From: Camelus dromedarius | Lineage: Eukaryota | Direction of reading: 5' to 3' | Length of the DNA stretch: 64,000 nucleotides | Assembly: GCF_036321535.1 (NCBI RefSeq) | Contig: NC_087437.1 | Location: 59,086,001 to 59,150,000 of the forward strand | Shown here: in pieces, positions 23,750 through 35,279 of the stretch | Position numbering within the stretch: position 1 is the stretch's first letter | Layout: each line of letters opens with the position of its first letter | Notes under the pieces: model-generated | What the model saw: only the letters and a program-made list of their open reading frames with translations | Told to the model about the DNA's origin: nothing | Database searches by the model: none | Position numbers and translations under genes: made by a program

Positions 23750-24065
23750 CTCCATTCATTCTGCCATGTGCTGGGCACTCAGGAAAACATGGTGAAGAAA
23801 CAGGCCATCTTGGTGGTGCCCGTCTTCATGGGTCTAAGCGTCTGGTGTGGAGGCAGGTAAACCACTACAAATCGTGACTAGTGCACCTCTGATGGGGAAG
23901 GACAGTGCACTATGAGAGACAGCCTTCAGACCTGACCATCTGAGAAGGTATCTCTGAGGAGGGGATGTTTAAACTAAGATCTGAAAGATGAGAAGGATCC
24001 AGATGGAAAAGAGAGGGCAGAGGAGCATTTCCACAATAGGGAACAACCAATGCTGCAGTGTGTGC
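23750..24065 (-). mobile_element. L2 fragment
   Basis: ttcattctgccatgtgctgggcact...tctctgaggaggggatgtttaaactaagatctgaaagatgaga. Confidence 0.7.
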
Positions 24066-24669
24066 CTCCATTTCCTTCATCTCTCCTTCCATCCCCATCT
24101 AACCAGAAGCTCCCGAGCATCACCTGTCCTGTACCACATCTCCACCGAGTACTCCACACAGTACCATTGTCGCTCTGAATGTGAGTTATCTCAGGACCCA
24201 GGAGATGGAAGGGAGGTCTGTGCCCCTTCACTCAGCATCCCATGGTTGCCATATCCTGAGTGCCTGAACCGGCACCAACCACCCAGACGCCACCATTTGG
24301 GTGCCATTTACAAAGCTTTTAAGCCATCCTGTCCCTGCTCGCGAGGAAATAAAACCAAGAACAATAAAGTTCCTTCCCCTCTGAATTTGTTCAGGAAGGC
24401 TCTTTTTCCACTTTGCTATTTTTGGGGACATTTTTAGATTCTCCTTTTGGAGGGTATAAGAATTAATGCTGGGAAACAGTACTCAAGGTTTCCCTCACAC
24501 TGTTTTTCTTACCCTCCCTGGTGGCTGATCCTGATCACAGGAGCTGGCCTTCAGAAAAGAGGATCAACTCTGGGGACCCAGCGCCAGGCAGGCCATGAGC
24601 ACCTTGTTTACAAACCAACCAGAGGAAGATTTCAACTTGTTCTGGAAAGATGCCAACGTGGTATGATGG

Positions 24670-25040
24670 AGACCTGGGCAGACAGATCTGAGCTTGAATT
24701 AAGATTTAGTTCTACGACTTTGGATATATTAATCTCCAAGCCTCAGTTTCCTCATCTATAAAGACAATAATTTCTACCTTATAAGAATTAACCTCAAGAG
24801 GGGAGGGTATAGGTCCGTGGCAGAGTGCTCACTTAGCATGCACGAGGTCCTGGGTTTAATCCCCATTATCTCCATTAAAATAAATAAATAAATCTAATTA
24901 CCACCCCCAAATAAATAAAATAAAATATATTGTACAAAAAAATAAAATAAATGTTCTTTAAAAATTAAAAAAAAAAGAATTGAGCACAATCATCTGTGAA
25001 AGGCACCCAGCCTGATATTCAGTCAATACTCAGGAGATGG
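24670..25040 (+). mobile_element. MIR SINE split by a Vic-1 insertion
   Basis: aagcctcagtttcctcatctataaag...ataagaatt, resuming after 24975 with gagcacaatcatctgtgaaaggcac. Confidence 0.65.
24800..24974 (+). mobile_element. Vic-1-type camelid SINE
   Basis: ggggagggtataggtccgtggcagagtgctcacttagcatgcacgaggtcctgggtttaatcccc plus A-rich tail; partial TSD aagaatt. Confidence 0.93.
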
Positions 25041-25299
25041 TGCCCCTTCCTTTCAAGGCCTGGCTCTTCAGTCAGCTAATGTCACCCTTGGAGGCATTCA
25101 GATATGGTCAGAGCCAGTGCCCCTCTGAGAACATTTCAATTACAGGTGCCCTCTCAGTCAGAAACCTGTCATCAAATCAGCGATGGCCGCGGGCTGCTCA
25201 GGGGTGTTAGAAGAGCTCCCACCCAGCTCACCTTTCCTCCCATCTGCCCCATCAAGTCAAGTCCAAAGTCAAGAGACTGAATAGGAATAAAAATCCTTT

Positions 25300-25485
25300 A
25301 ACACGTATTGAATATTGAGCAGTTTGCAAAGTGCTCTTACCCTCGGGGCTACATGGGCCCCGGCATTACCACTGTCCCGTTACAATGGAAAGGGGGAAAC
25401 TGCGGTCTAGAGAGCAGAAGAGACGGGCTCCAAGTCTCCGAAGTTGCAATGCCCAGTCTTTGAATAAAAATCCAGTGCTCCTGCC
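25300..25485 (-). mobile_element. MIR SINE (degenerate)
   Basis: tattgaatattgagcag...gggggaaactgcggtctagagagcagaag. Confidence 0.5.
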
Positions 25486-26564
25486 ACACCACCACATCCT
25501 GAAAAGGACAGTTTTGTCCTTTGGTGGAAAAGTTCACCACCAGCAACTGTCTTGACTCTTGATCACCAGCAGAGAATCCCACTCTGAATTGCCCTTCCTG
25601 CCTCAGGCCCTCCCTTGCTCTGGTTCTGCCAGCTTGTCTAGGTCAATGTCAATGGCTTACTCTCTAGTCTGGGTGAATTTGGCTTTATTCGAGGGCTCTG
25701 ATTTGCATTTCTCATCTCTAGCAATGTGCATTCACAGGTGAGAGCAAGCCACTTTGGAGCCCTCTCACCAGAACTTGTGACCTTTCCTCTAAGGTAGGTG
25801 TGGGAAGAACCAGTCTGACTTTGATCTGAATTTGGTTCTGGCAGTGGCTTGAGGGTAGTGGGCACTGGGTGATGCGGTCCACCCACTTACCCAAGGCTGA
25901 CAAAGCTAAATTCAGGGCCACTCTTCTCTATTTTCAGAAAAGGACCCAACCAGAAGAAACAGAAAGTAAAACTCCATCTTCAAAAAGCCAGGATGGAACT
26001 CAAGCAAAGCTCTAATGTTCGCCTTAGTTTCTCCAAAATAGAAGCAATGTGTCAGAGCTGGCAGAACTCTTCAAATTCAAGGATCTCATGTCACACAATG
26101 GGAGACTGGGGAACCGAGAGGAAAGTGGCCCATCTGAGGCCACACAGCTGTCAGAGGCAGGGCAAGGACCCAGGTCCCAGGACCCCCAGTTCTTTTTTCT
26201 TACTGAGTCATGCAAGTCACTCAAGAGTGCTAAATATGTTTGATCTGGGTGATGCAGGTGATCTCTACGTACCCCTTCCCCCGACTCTACCCGCCACTCC
26301 CAGAAGGGTTACACTGTAAGGGATGTATGTCATGAACTTGGATGACGTGGACCTACATCTGCGAGATGCTGATCCAGGGAAAGCTGCTATCCAAACAGGC
26401 CTCAGCTGGGAGTGACCACCAGACAAAATCTGCCCAATGACCTGGGAGGAAACGACGTGCACACCCCTGGGTGAAACAGAGGATTTGGGTCTTCCCAGCC
26501 TGTGGGACCTGCTGGGACGGGGGAAGGAAGCATGGACAGCAGCTGGTTCTTGTTTTCAGTACCT

Positions 26565-26932
26565 CTGCTCACCCTTCGTCTCTCCCTCTACCACTGTCAC
26601 CTCCCACACACCCTCCTTTACTTCCTCTTCCACTTCCTTCACCACCACTGCCTCCACCACCACCATGCCCACATCCTTCACCTCTTCCTCCACTCCCTCC
26701 ATTACCTCTTCCACCTCCACTACCAAACCCCCTCTTCCATCTCATCCTCTACTTCCTCCTTCACTACCTCTACAGCCACTGCTTCCTCCATTTCTTCTGC
26801 ACCATCACCACTACCACCACCCACCTCCTACACCCCTCTGCCTGCTCTACCTGCATCTCCTCCACACCAACGCCAATACCATCCCCACCCCCTCCTTCAC
26901 CGCCTGTACCACCAGCTTCACCACCACCTTAT
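26565..26932. repeat. Degenerate (CCA/CCT/TCC)n low-complexity tract, G-poor on the + strand
   Basis: Direct: ttcaccaccactgcctccaccaccacc...ctcttcctccactccctcc. Confidence 0.9.
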
Positions 26933-27179
26933 TTATAGCATTAAAATAGGTCTTCTTATCAAACATGCTTCCAAGAACATAATGCTTTCAAAATCAAACA
27001 GGTGATCAGTATTTGAATCTATAACTAGAGTCACTGAGATTTATCATTTGAAAGAAACCAGGATTACTGACTCCCTCTTTTCCTGGTTATTTTGAAACTG
27101 CTTATCTGAACACATACACACATGCACACACACGCTCACCATCTCTCCCTCTCACCAGAGGCCCATAGGTACTCTGAAA

Positions 27180-27800
27180 TGAAGCAGACAATGGTGGCCT
27201 TGTTGCAGAAGCCTGATATTAATAGACTATTCCTTTTGATTTCAGCCTGGAAACATTGGCAGCCAACCAATGTGAGAAAAGAAGGACTCGTAGCAAGAAT
27301 TTAAAAGAGANNNNNNNNNNNNNNNNNNNNNNNNNNNNNNNNNNNNNNNNNNNNNNNNNNNNNNNNNNNNNNNNNNNNNNNNNNNNNNNNNNNNNNNNNN
27401 NNNNNNNNNNNNNNNNNNNNNNNNNNNNNNNNNNNNNNNNNNNNNNNNNNNNNNNNNNNTCTGATGGAACAGGGCCCCCGCGCCAGAGGATCAAAGCTGC
27501 TCACTATGCAGAGAATGAAGGATTATTCACTTTCTATTTTTTCACGCCTGCAGCACACATGGGGATCTAATTGGTCAGGATGTGAAATACAGACGGGCAG
27601 CCCCAGCAGCAGGGCAGAGCCCAAAGGGGGAGGCGAGTGCTTGCTGCAGCTGCAAACCATTACAGGCAGGCTTCCCCCCATGCGCCGCTTTAATTGCTCT
27701 TCTGTGAGTTTCCTCAGCTCACGGCCACTAATGTCTACTTCTCAGTCTTTCTGATCTCAGAGGTGATGAGCTTGACAGCTGTCAGGCCTGCTGGGGTCAG
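27180..27800. promoter_or_regulatory. Putative conserved enhancer containing N-run 27311-27459
   Basis: No recognisable repeat; GGATCAAAG (TCF/LEF) 27488-27496, ACAATG 27188, CTAATTG about 27567, TTTAATTG about 27689. Confidence 0.5.
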
Positions 27801-28439
27801 GGAAGGCGGAGACCCATCTCAGGGGAGTGGGGGAGGCAGGGCTGCTGGGCTGGAAGAGGAACTCAGCCTCACAGTTGTTCTTGCCCCTTGGAGTCTTTAG
27901 GTATAAAGCCAAGGGTCTCTCTCGGGATGACATTGTCTCAATTCTCACTCATTACAGCAGGGGAGACACAGGACAAGAGGAAAACCCACACCACTGTGCA
28001 GTGTCTGACCTCAGGCCCATCACTCAACCTCTCTGCCTCTTCATTTCCTTGCTTTTGAAACTGTGTGCTAACCCACAACAGTGCCCCGAGGATAATGTGA
28101 TGTCATTTATGCTAACCAGGGAATGGAAGTCCCTGTTGGTTGTTATTGCCCCTCCTTGAACCTTGTCTGCTAGCCTCTTGATCTACATTAGGTCTGATTC
28201 CCTCCAAGTTCCCCTTTCAGCACTTCTCAACACCCCCTCCCTGGTGAAAGCAGGCCTCATGACCCAGGTCTGCAGAATCACAGAACCCTCGCCACGCCGA
28301 ACCCTTCCTGTCCCTCATTTCAGTTCCCATCTTTTCTCTTAGATGATATCCTTAGCCGCTCCTCCCAGCTCCCTCTCCACCATCCCCTGCCCCCATTTCA
28401 ACCACCACTGATCTACAAAATGCAAGCCCAGCCATTCAC

Positions 28440-28810
28440 TTCTCTGCAGAAAACTCTCCAGCAGCTCATCGTTCTGTTCTTGTGCTGTCCCTTAGCGGGG
28501 AATGCCTTCATCTTCTCTTGGTCTGACTCATCCTTCAGGGCTCATCTGAGTTATCATCTCTTCTTGGTGGTCACCCTCCTGCAGGACAATGGCCTCTGCT
28601 AAGCATACCTGTTCATTCTCACTGTCCTGCATTGACCACATTGGGTTAAAATCATTTAGTCGTTCCCCCATTGGAAGGTGTCTGTCTTTTCTCTTGAAGG
28701 TAAGCTTTTGGGGATCAGGCGAGCATCTTAATTCATCCTTGTACTCCCAGCATGTGGCGTGGCTGGCATAGTGCCTGGAATACATAGCAGGTACTCGATA
28801 AATGTATTTA
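28440..28810 (+). mobile_element. L2 3' segment
   Basis: atccttcagggctcatctgagtt...gtaagcttttggggatcagg...catagtgcctggaatacatagcaggtactcgataaatg. Confidence 0.75.
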
Positions 28811-29048
28811 TGGCTTTCAACTGTTAATTATTTGTCTACCTGCCTGAACTACCCAATTAAGTTGAAAGCATTTGGTGAGATGGAGATGCATCCAGTTCAT
28901 TTTGTATTCTGCACAATGCCCAGCACACAACAGAGCCTCAAGAAAGAGTAGCTAGTTCTGCTGTGTCTGGATTGCTTAGTGCTGTTTCCTCAGCATCAAG
29001 AACAGAGCTTTGCACGCAAGTGCTCAACACATATATTTTGAATATATG

Positions 29049-29448
29049 TGCCAACTAAAAATTGTCATTCACCATCCGGTGCTGACCTTCAACACACCCT
29101 GAAAGGAGTTTAGGATGGAGATCAGGAATGAGGCACTCTGTGGTCTGGGGAAAACTGGCAGAACAGGTCTTCAGATAGTTGGATATTTTCAGGAGATTTC
29201 ATGAGCCCAATTTCTTGCATCTTCTCATAACTACAAAAGCACTAAAAATCATTAACAGAGACATCTGCTCCTCATGACTAGCAGCAACCCTCTGCCAAAA
29301 CGTGTGCTTGATTGCATGTACCCACCTTCACTAAGAGCAGTTCCTGAGAGCTAATGGAGAGGCTGTCTCCCAGGCTATAGTCCTCATTTTGCCCCAAATA
29401 AAACTTAACCCACCACTCTCACATTGTTCCTTTTTTTGGCAGTCAACA
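29049..29448 (+). mobile_element. ERV1-class solo LTR (400 bp)
   Basis: tgccaactaaaa...cagtcaaca; gagaggctgtctcccaggctatagtcctc...ccccaaataaaacttaac; TSD tatg/gatg (3 of 4 match). Confidence 0.85.
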
Positions 29449-29531
29449 GATGTACACTGTAGCATTTTAGGAAGAACACCTGTCCTGATTAGAAGGCCTG
29501 AGTTCTAGTCAGAGGTAACAAACTCAAACTT

Positions 29532-29663
29532 TGAAAAAAAATTCGAGGTGGGGGGGTAGGTCATTAGGTTTATTTATTTATTTGAATGGAGGTACTGGGA
29601 ATTGAACCCAGGACCTCATGAATGCTAAGCATGCACTCTACCACTGAGCTACACCCTCCCCCC
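29532..29663 (-). mobile_element. Vic-1-type camelid SINE
   Basis: Reverse complement gagggtgtagctcagtggtagagtgcatgcttagcattcatgaggtcctgggttcaattcccagtacctcca; perfect 16-bp TSD taacaaactcaaactt (29516-29531 / 29664-29679). Confidence 0.96.
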
Positions 29664-29679
29664 TAACAAACTCAAACTT

Positions 29680-29975
29680 CTGCTTGCCTTCTAAACTCTA
29701 CTCCTCACCCCAAGCCCCAGCTAACATTCTCCCATCTTGATAAATGTTACCACCATCCATCCAGTTGCTAAGGTCAAAAATCTAGAAGTAATATTTGATT
29801 CATCTATAATCTTCACATCTCACAATCAATCCACTAACAAGTCCTTCAGGCTCTACTTTCAAAATACCTCCAACCTCTGACCATCACCTTTGCAGCCACC
29901 ACCCAGTTCAACATGCCATCATCTTGACCTTGCAACTGGTCTGCCTGCCCCAACACACACACACACACACACACA

Positions 29976-30025
<50 letters not shown>

Positions 30026-30280
30026 ATTTTCATTTCATCACCTTGATCTTTTTAATATCACTCCAGTGCCTTCCCACATTATTTAGAATAAAATCCAAAC
30101 TTCTAATCATGGTCTACAAACTTCACACAACGTGGCCCTGTCCTAGTCTCCAGCTTCCTCTTCTACTAATCATCTGCTTGTTCACCTTCCAGCCACACTG
30201 GTCCTTCTGTTCTTCCTGGAATTCTAGGGAGTGTTCTTACTTTAGAACTTGTTACCCCTCGATCTCAAAAGCTCTTCCCC
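29680..30280 (+). mobile_element. L2 LINE segment
   Basis: accaccatccatccagttgctaaggtcaaaaatctagaagt...agaataaaatccaaacttct...cttccagccacactggtcc. Confidence 0.8.
29952..30023. repeat. Compound (CA)n(CT)n(CA)n microsatellite
   Basis: Direct observation. Confidence 0.97.
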
Positions 30281-30281
30281 A

Positions 30282-30755
30282 AGCTCTTCCTTGTCAACTA
30301 GACTAGCCCACAAGGTGCCCAGATATTTGGTGGAACATTATTCTGGGTGTGTCTGTGAGTGTGTGGATGAGATTCATATTTGAATCAGTGGACTGAGAAA
30401 AGCAGAGTACCTGCCCTGCCGTGGGTGGCCCTCATGCACTCGTGGAAGGCCTAAATAGACCAAAAAGGCTAACCTCCCTTAGATAAGAGGGAATTTCCTC
30501 CTCCCTGACTGCTTCAGCTGGGATATCAGTCTCTTCTGGCCTTTGGATTTGAATGGAAGCATTGGTTCTTCTTGGACTTGGAGCCTACCAACTTTCAGGT
30601 AGGAACTCACACCACTGGCTCCCCTGGTCCTCAGGCTTTCAGACTCAGACTGGAGCTACACCATCCGCTCCATGGGTCTTCATCTTGCCGACTACAAATC
30701 TTGGGACTCTCTGGTCTCCATAATCTAGTGAGCCAATTCCCAATAAGAAACATAT
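30282..30755 (+). mobile_element. MLT2 (ERVL) LTR inserted in L2
   Basis: tgtcaactagactagcc..ggtgcccagatatttggtggaacattattctgggtgtgtctgtga...ctccataatctagtgagccaattcc. Confidence 0.9.
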
Positions 30756-30849
30756 GGTACGGATATCTCGATTCTGTCTCTCAGGTCAGCTACCTGGCCC
30801 ATACACAAGGTAAAGCTGTATCCCTCATCCCACCCCATGAAGTTCTTTT

Positions 30850-31095
30850 TTATTTACTTGTGTCTGTTTGTGTAAGTCTCCCCTCAACCAGAATGCAAGC
30901 TCCTTGTTCATCGCTGATGTGTCTCTCTGGCCCTGTGCCCGGCAGGTAGTGAGGGCTCAATAAGCATTAGCTGACTTACTTTTTGCCTCATTAGCTTCAT
31001 GCCCTTGGGCAAGTCATTCTACCTTAGAGCTGATTTCTTCATTGCTGAAGTAGAGATGGTATCGTCTGCCTACCCCTAAGGTGTTTGGGAGGACC
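30850..31095 (+). mobile_element. L2 3' terminus followed by MIR fragment
   Basis: agaatgcaagctcc...gggctcaataagcatt; then cccttgggcaagtcattctacc. Confidence 0.6.
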
Positions 31096-31989
31096 ACCCC
31101 ACAACCCTGGCAGACGGCCGTGAGAGTGCACCCTACACACATGTTTTCCTTGTCCTGGGCCATGAGCCCCAGGTACCGTGGGCTGTGTGTTCCTTATCTT
31201 TGTGTCCCCTCCCCCTCCTTTTACCCCTCTGATAGGCCGCACACAGCTCCGACACAGAGGAGTTCAGACCTGGTGGACCCGGGGCTGGGCATCAGCTTCA
31301 CAGGCTGGGAGCCTCTTCTTCTCCTCTTTTAAGTTGTGCTCAGTTTTTAGAAATCCACTGTCATTTCAAAAGCGGCATGAAGCGCTCGGGTCCCCAGGCC
31401 TGCACCTCTCCTTTGTCTGCCCTCCCCCAACTATTTATTTCCTTTTCCCTCTCACGGTGGCTGCCCTTCAGGCAGTGGCAACAAGCATGTTGTTACAGGT
31501 GTTAGCTCACTCTGGTCTCATTTGCTCTGGCAAGAAGTCTGGTCGGATCAAATGCCCCTGTGGAAACTCAAGCTGAATTGTCTTCATTTTCTATCATTTT
31601 ATTTTAACATCCCAGCAGTCCCTGCCTGTCAGGGTCTCCACCAGCAATTCAGCCATTCATCAATTTAAAGTATGGCCATACGGTTCTGGAAAGCATCCAG
31701 CTCCACAGAAGAAATCGCTTCTTTCCTTTTCATTTTTCTTCCAAAGTGAGAAAAAAAAATCTGCTCCTCTGGACACAGGAATACTGACTTTTGAGCCAAT
31801 TTAAGAAGCTGCTTTTAGGTAGTGACACTCGATGTTTTAGTCATAGACCAAAAAATTACTCCACATAAGGTACTGGTGCCATCGAGAAACCAGTAAGGTC
31901 AACTTTTTATTTAATAATAATTGTATATAGTTATTTAATCATAGTTATCATTTAATAATAATAGTAATATTTACTACATGACAGAGGGA

Positions 31990-32160
31990 TTTTTCTTGTA
32001 TTGACTCCTATAACTACCCCTACAACCCATAATATTATCCCCATTTTGCAGATGAGGAAATTGAGGCACAGACTTGCTCAAGTTCACACAGCCAGTACTG
32101 GCAGTGGTGGGATTTGAACTCCCACAGTCTGGCTGTAGGTTCTGCGCTCTCGATCGCTGC
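31990..32160 (-). mobile_element. MIR SINE
   Basis: attatccccattttgcagatgaggaaattgaggcacag...gggatttgaactc. Confidence 0.85.
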
Positions 32161-33319
32161 AGTCTTCAACACTGACTGAGAGTCACAGTGAATCACCCTC
32201 GGAAAAGATATCCAGATTTAAGGATTAAGTGAGCGTTCGAGTTAATTCAGTACCTTTTCAGAAAGACCAAGTTGTGCTTTCTAGAGTCAGGATGACTTTG
32301 CTCTAAGTTGGTTTCATCCCCTAGTGGGAACTCAGTGGTGTGCCCAGGGGGAAGCAGAAAAGAGAAAAGGACATAGGACGTCCCTTGTCGGCTATGGCCA
32401 TGTCCCACGGGGGACCACACTGACCACCAGTGGGAAAGCTGTTGCTTGCTAGAATGTCTCCACCTCGGAGGAGAGAGGTGCTCAGCTGCCCCAGACAGCC
32501 AGTGGGGTGTTGCCCCACTGCAGAGCGTGGGAAAGACACCGTGGAGGACCATCCCCTGATAGACTAGAAGGTGAGGAGTGCCCCCCGGGTCATGCAACGT
32601 GGATTCTTATCCCTAGGGTTCCTGAAGGCGGTATCTCTTACATCCTGCAGAGATAGCTGGGGAAAAACTGCCTGGTACACAAACTCCAGACATTCCTGCC
32701 CCCAACTTCTGGATACGGCCCCATCCATAGAGCAGCCAGCTTCTCCTCTACAAGAGCAGTGGAAGGCCGGTGCCCCAGGGCCTTCCATTCTGCTGTGGGT
32801 TCTCCTCAAAGAAATCCCTTCGGCCTTCTGTCATTTCATATTTCCAGGTTTCTTCTACGTTAATAAACAGCTACCAAATGTTACTCCTTGCATTGCTGTT
32901 TTTCAAGAAGAATCAAAGGCACTGTTTCCCAAACTTCTCTAACGCAGCGCTGTGCCAGGCTTCCTCACCTACCTTCTCTGCACCTTGAATCCAAGAGGCT
33001 ACTGTGGGCTTTACTTCCCAGGGTTTGTATGTATCACCAAGTCAACAGATGTGCATTTCCACACTCTGCTTGCCCCCACCCCCTCCCTCTGAGGCAGAAA
33101 TCACTGCTAAGCCATCCCATTTTTGCCACGGTGTGGTCTTCAGACACTCAGGACTTTCCCCCGGACACTCTCTGTTTATTCCCATTATTCCTCTGTCTGG
33201 AATATTCCACAGATCAGAGTTAGCTGAGGCACAATGAAAAGAGGCAGCACATAATACAAGCAGCCTAGCTGGCCTCATTTCACATGAGAAACATCACATC
33301 ATTTACAAGTGTTTTGGAG

Positions 33320-33473
33320 GGTCCCAAACTACCAATGAGGGTTGACTTGGAAAGACCCCGTGTTTGATTTTATCTTCTGTTGTCACCATCTTGAAATTCG
33401 GGATAATTTTTGAACAAGTGACCCCACATCCTGGATTCTGCAATAAACGCTGCAAATTATGTAGCTGGGCCTG
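33320..33473 (+). mobile_element. MER45A-like hAT-Tip100 MITE
   Basis: tgtcaccatcttgaaattcgggataatttttgaacaag...gcaaattatgtagctgggcctg. Confidence 0.8.
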
Positions 33474-33629
33474 CCATTGCCTGCTGTTCCCCCCTCTCCA
33501 CACCCGCTTCTCAGCCCCAACCCTAGCCCTACACTCCTCGTGTTTCCCAAACAGAGAGGTTTGGCTCCCGGTAAAACTTTGTGGTTGGTTCTTGAAGCTG
33601 TCACATGATATACGATTGGTTCCCCGTTT

Positions 33630-33750
33630 CTGGTGAGAAGCCTGAGGCAAGCAGCAGCCCTGTAAAATGCAGAGATCATTATCCCAGTTCTGCAGGTGAG
33701 ACAGAGAGGTTCGTGGTTTAGCCCCAGCCCCAGGGCGAGCAGCAAGAGCT
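33630..33750 (-). mobile_element. MIR fragment
   Basis: cattatcccagttctgcaggtgagacagagaggt. Confidence 0.5.
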
Positions 33751-34199
33751 CTAGCTCTAAGGCCAGCAGATGAGTGAATAGGTTTTATCATGTGGGGTGA
33801 GGAGTGGGTATTTTGCAAAATGGTCAAAAAAAATAAAATAAAATAAAAACGGTGCCTAACAGATTGCCTTTAAAGGAAGGCATCACTGTGGCCCTCTAGC
33901 ATCAAGAGAAAGGCCAGGGCTGCAGGTGGAGGGGCCATTTCCCTGAATCTAGCTTTCAAAGAGAAGACAAGAGAGTGTGATTCTTATGTCTACAAGGGGA
34001 CCCTGAGACGAGGAATCTGGATGTGAGCAGTTGTCCCAGAGGCAAACTCCCCAAAAGATAAAAGAGGAACTTGCAGTTGACACACTATTTTGAGATCATG
34101 AAGGGTAATCAGAGTGAGACTGCAGGATTTTACAGTATGTTGATGATACAGGCCCGGAGAGTCCCAAAGTCAAAGACTCCCAGAGACGGGACTATCTGG

Positions 34200-34390
34200 C
34201 GAACACTGTGGTGAGAGCTGGGGCAGGTGATTTAATCTTTCTGGGCCTGGTTCCCCTTTGCTAAGTGATAATACTATTACTGCTGACTGCACAGGGTTGC
34301 TCAGAAGAATAAAATTGTTTTTTACATTAAAGACAATTAAAACAGCACCTGGCATTTTGTAAACATTCAAGAAGTGATAGTTACTATTAC
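34200..34390 (+). mobile_element. MIR SINE
   Basis: ggggcaggtgatttaatctttctgggcctggttcccc...cacagggttgctcagaagaataaa. Confidence 0.6.
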
Positions 34391-34639
34391 AAGGAAGGGG
34401 AGCCTTCCTAACTAAACGAGGATGCAGGTAAAGACCTTGAGTTTTCTAGACGTTGTCTTGAGCTATTTCTTTCTCAGTTTTGCCCCCATTAGATCCCAGC
34501 GTCCCCACTCCCAGGACACACTTTTTCCAGATGGCAACCTAGACGCTGAGCAGAATAGAGACCAATAGTTGGGGGACTGGAAGGAGGAAAAGGATATTAC
34601 CCATGAAGTGTTCTTGCTAAAACAAATCAAAATGAAACA

Positions 34640-35210
34640 AAACAAAAAAACCCCAAAAGACTGAATCAGAGCAGCCCTCTGGATGAGACTACCAGTTTAC
34701 AGAAAAATCTAGGAAACGGAGGGACCATAACCATAAGCAAACCATAAAGGTGCATTTAGCAAAATCCATCCTGTGGTGAATTCCACAGGGCAAGCAACCT
34801 ACAACACCTTCAAACAACTACAATAAATGAAAAAAAAAAATGGAAGAGGAATCATAGGTATCAAAAATCTTAAGGGACCTACCAACCAAGTCCCATATAT
34901 GAACTTTTTTTGTATCCCAATTCAAATGAACAATTTTTTTGAATAGTTGATAATATGACTTAAAAAATTTTAGGTGACAAGTTTCATGACAAATGTTTTT
35001 GGAAGAATATTTTGTGGAAACACAAAATGAAATATATACACATAATATCTGGGATTTGTTTCAGAATAAATCAGGGAAAGAGGAGGATAAAAATGAAGGA
35101 AATTGGCCGTGAATTAATAATTAATAAAGCTGGGTAATGAGAGTTCCTGTGATTTTATTGTAATACTCTTTTTACTTTACGTATGTTGAAACATTCAACA
35201 ATAAAAAGGA
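34640..35210 (+). mobile_element. Old L1MC/MD-like 3'UTR
   Basis: ataatatctgggatttgtttcagaataaatc...aattggccgtgaattaataatt..gctgggtaatg...tatgttgaaacattcaacaataaaaag. Confidence 0.75.
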
Positions 35211-35279
35211 AAAGAGAACCCAGTTGTGTCTGTGGGTCTAGTGAAGAGACGGGTCCCTGGGGAAAGGTTCTGCCCAGGT

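Noticed and set aside
25938-26015. Peptide ending in AKL (peroxisomal PTS1-like) after a splice acceptor
   Set aside because: It does not match the C-terminus of any peroxisomal protein I know; a tripeptide match is expected by chance.
26437-27005. Three overlapping ORFs of 155-170 aa (Ser/Thr-, Pro- and His-rich, mucin-like)
   Set aside because: They are a by-product of a G-poor low-complexity tract that cannot encode TAG or TGA; all three frames are open and there is no splice or homology support.
29590-29663. tRNA-Ala(AGC)-like sequence (also at 20790, 24800, 44383)
   Set aside because: These are SINE heads: the acceptor stem does not pair cleanly, and each has a SINE body, A-rich tail and TSD.
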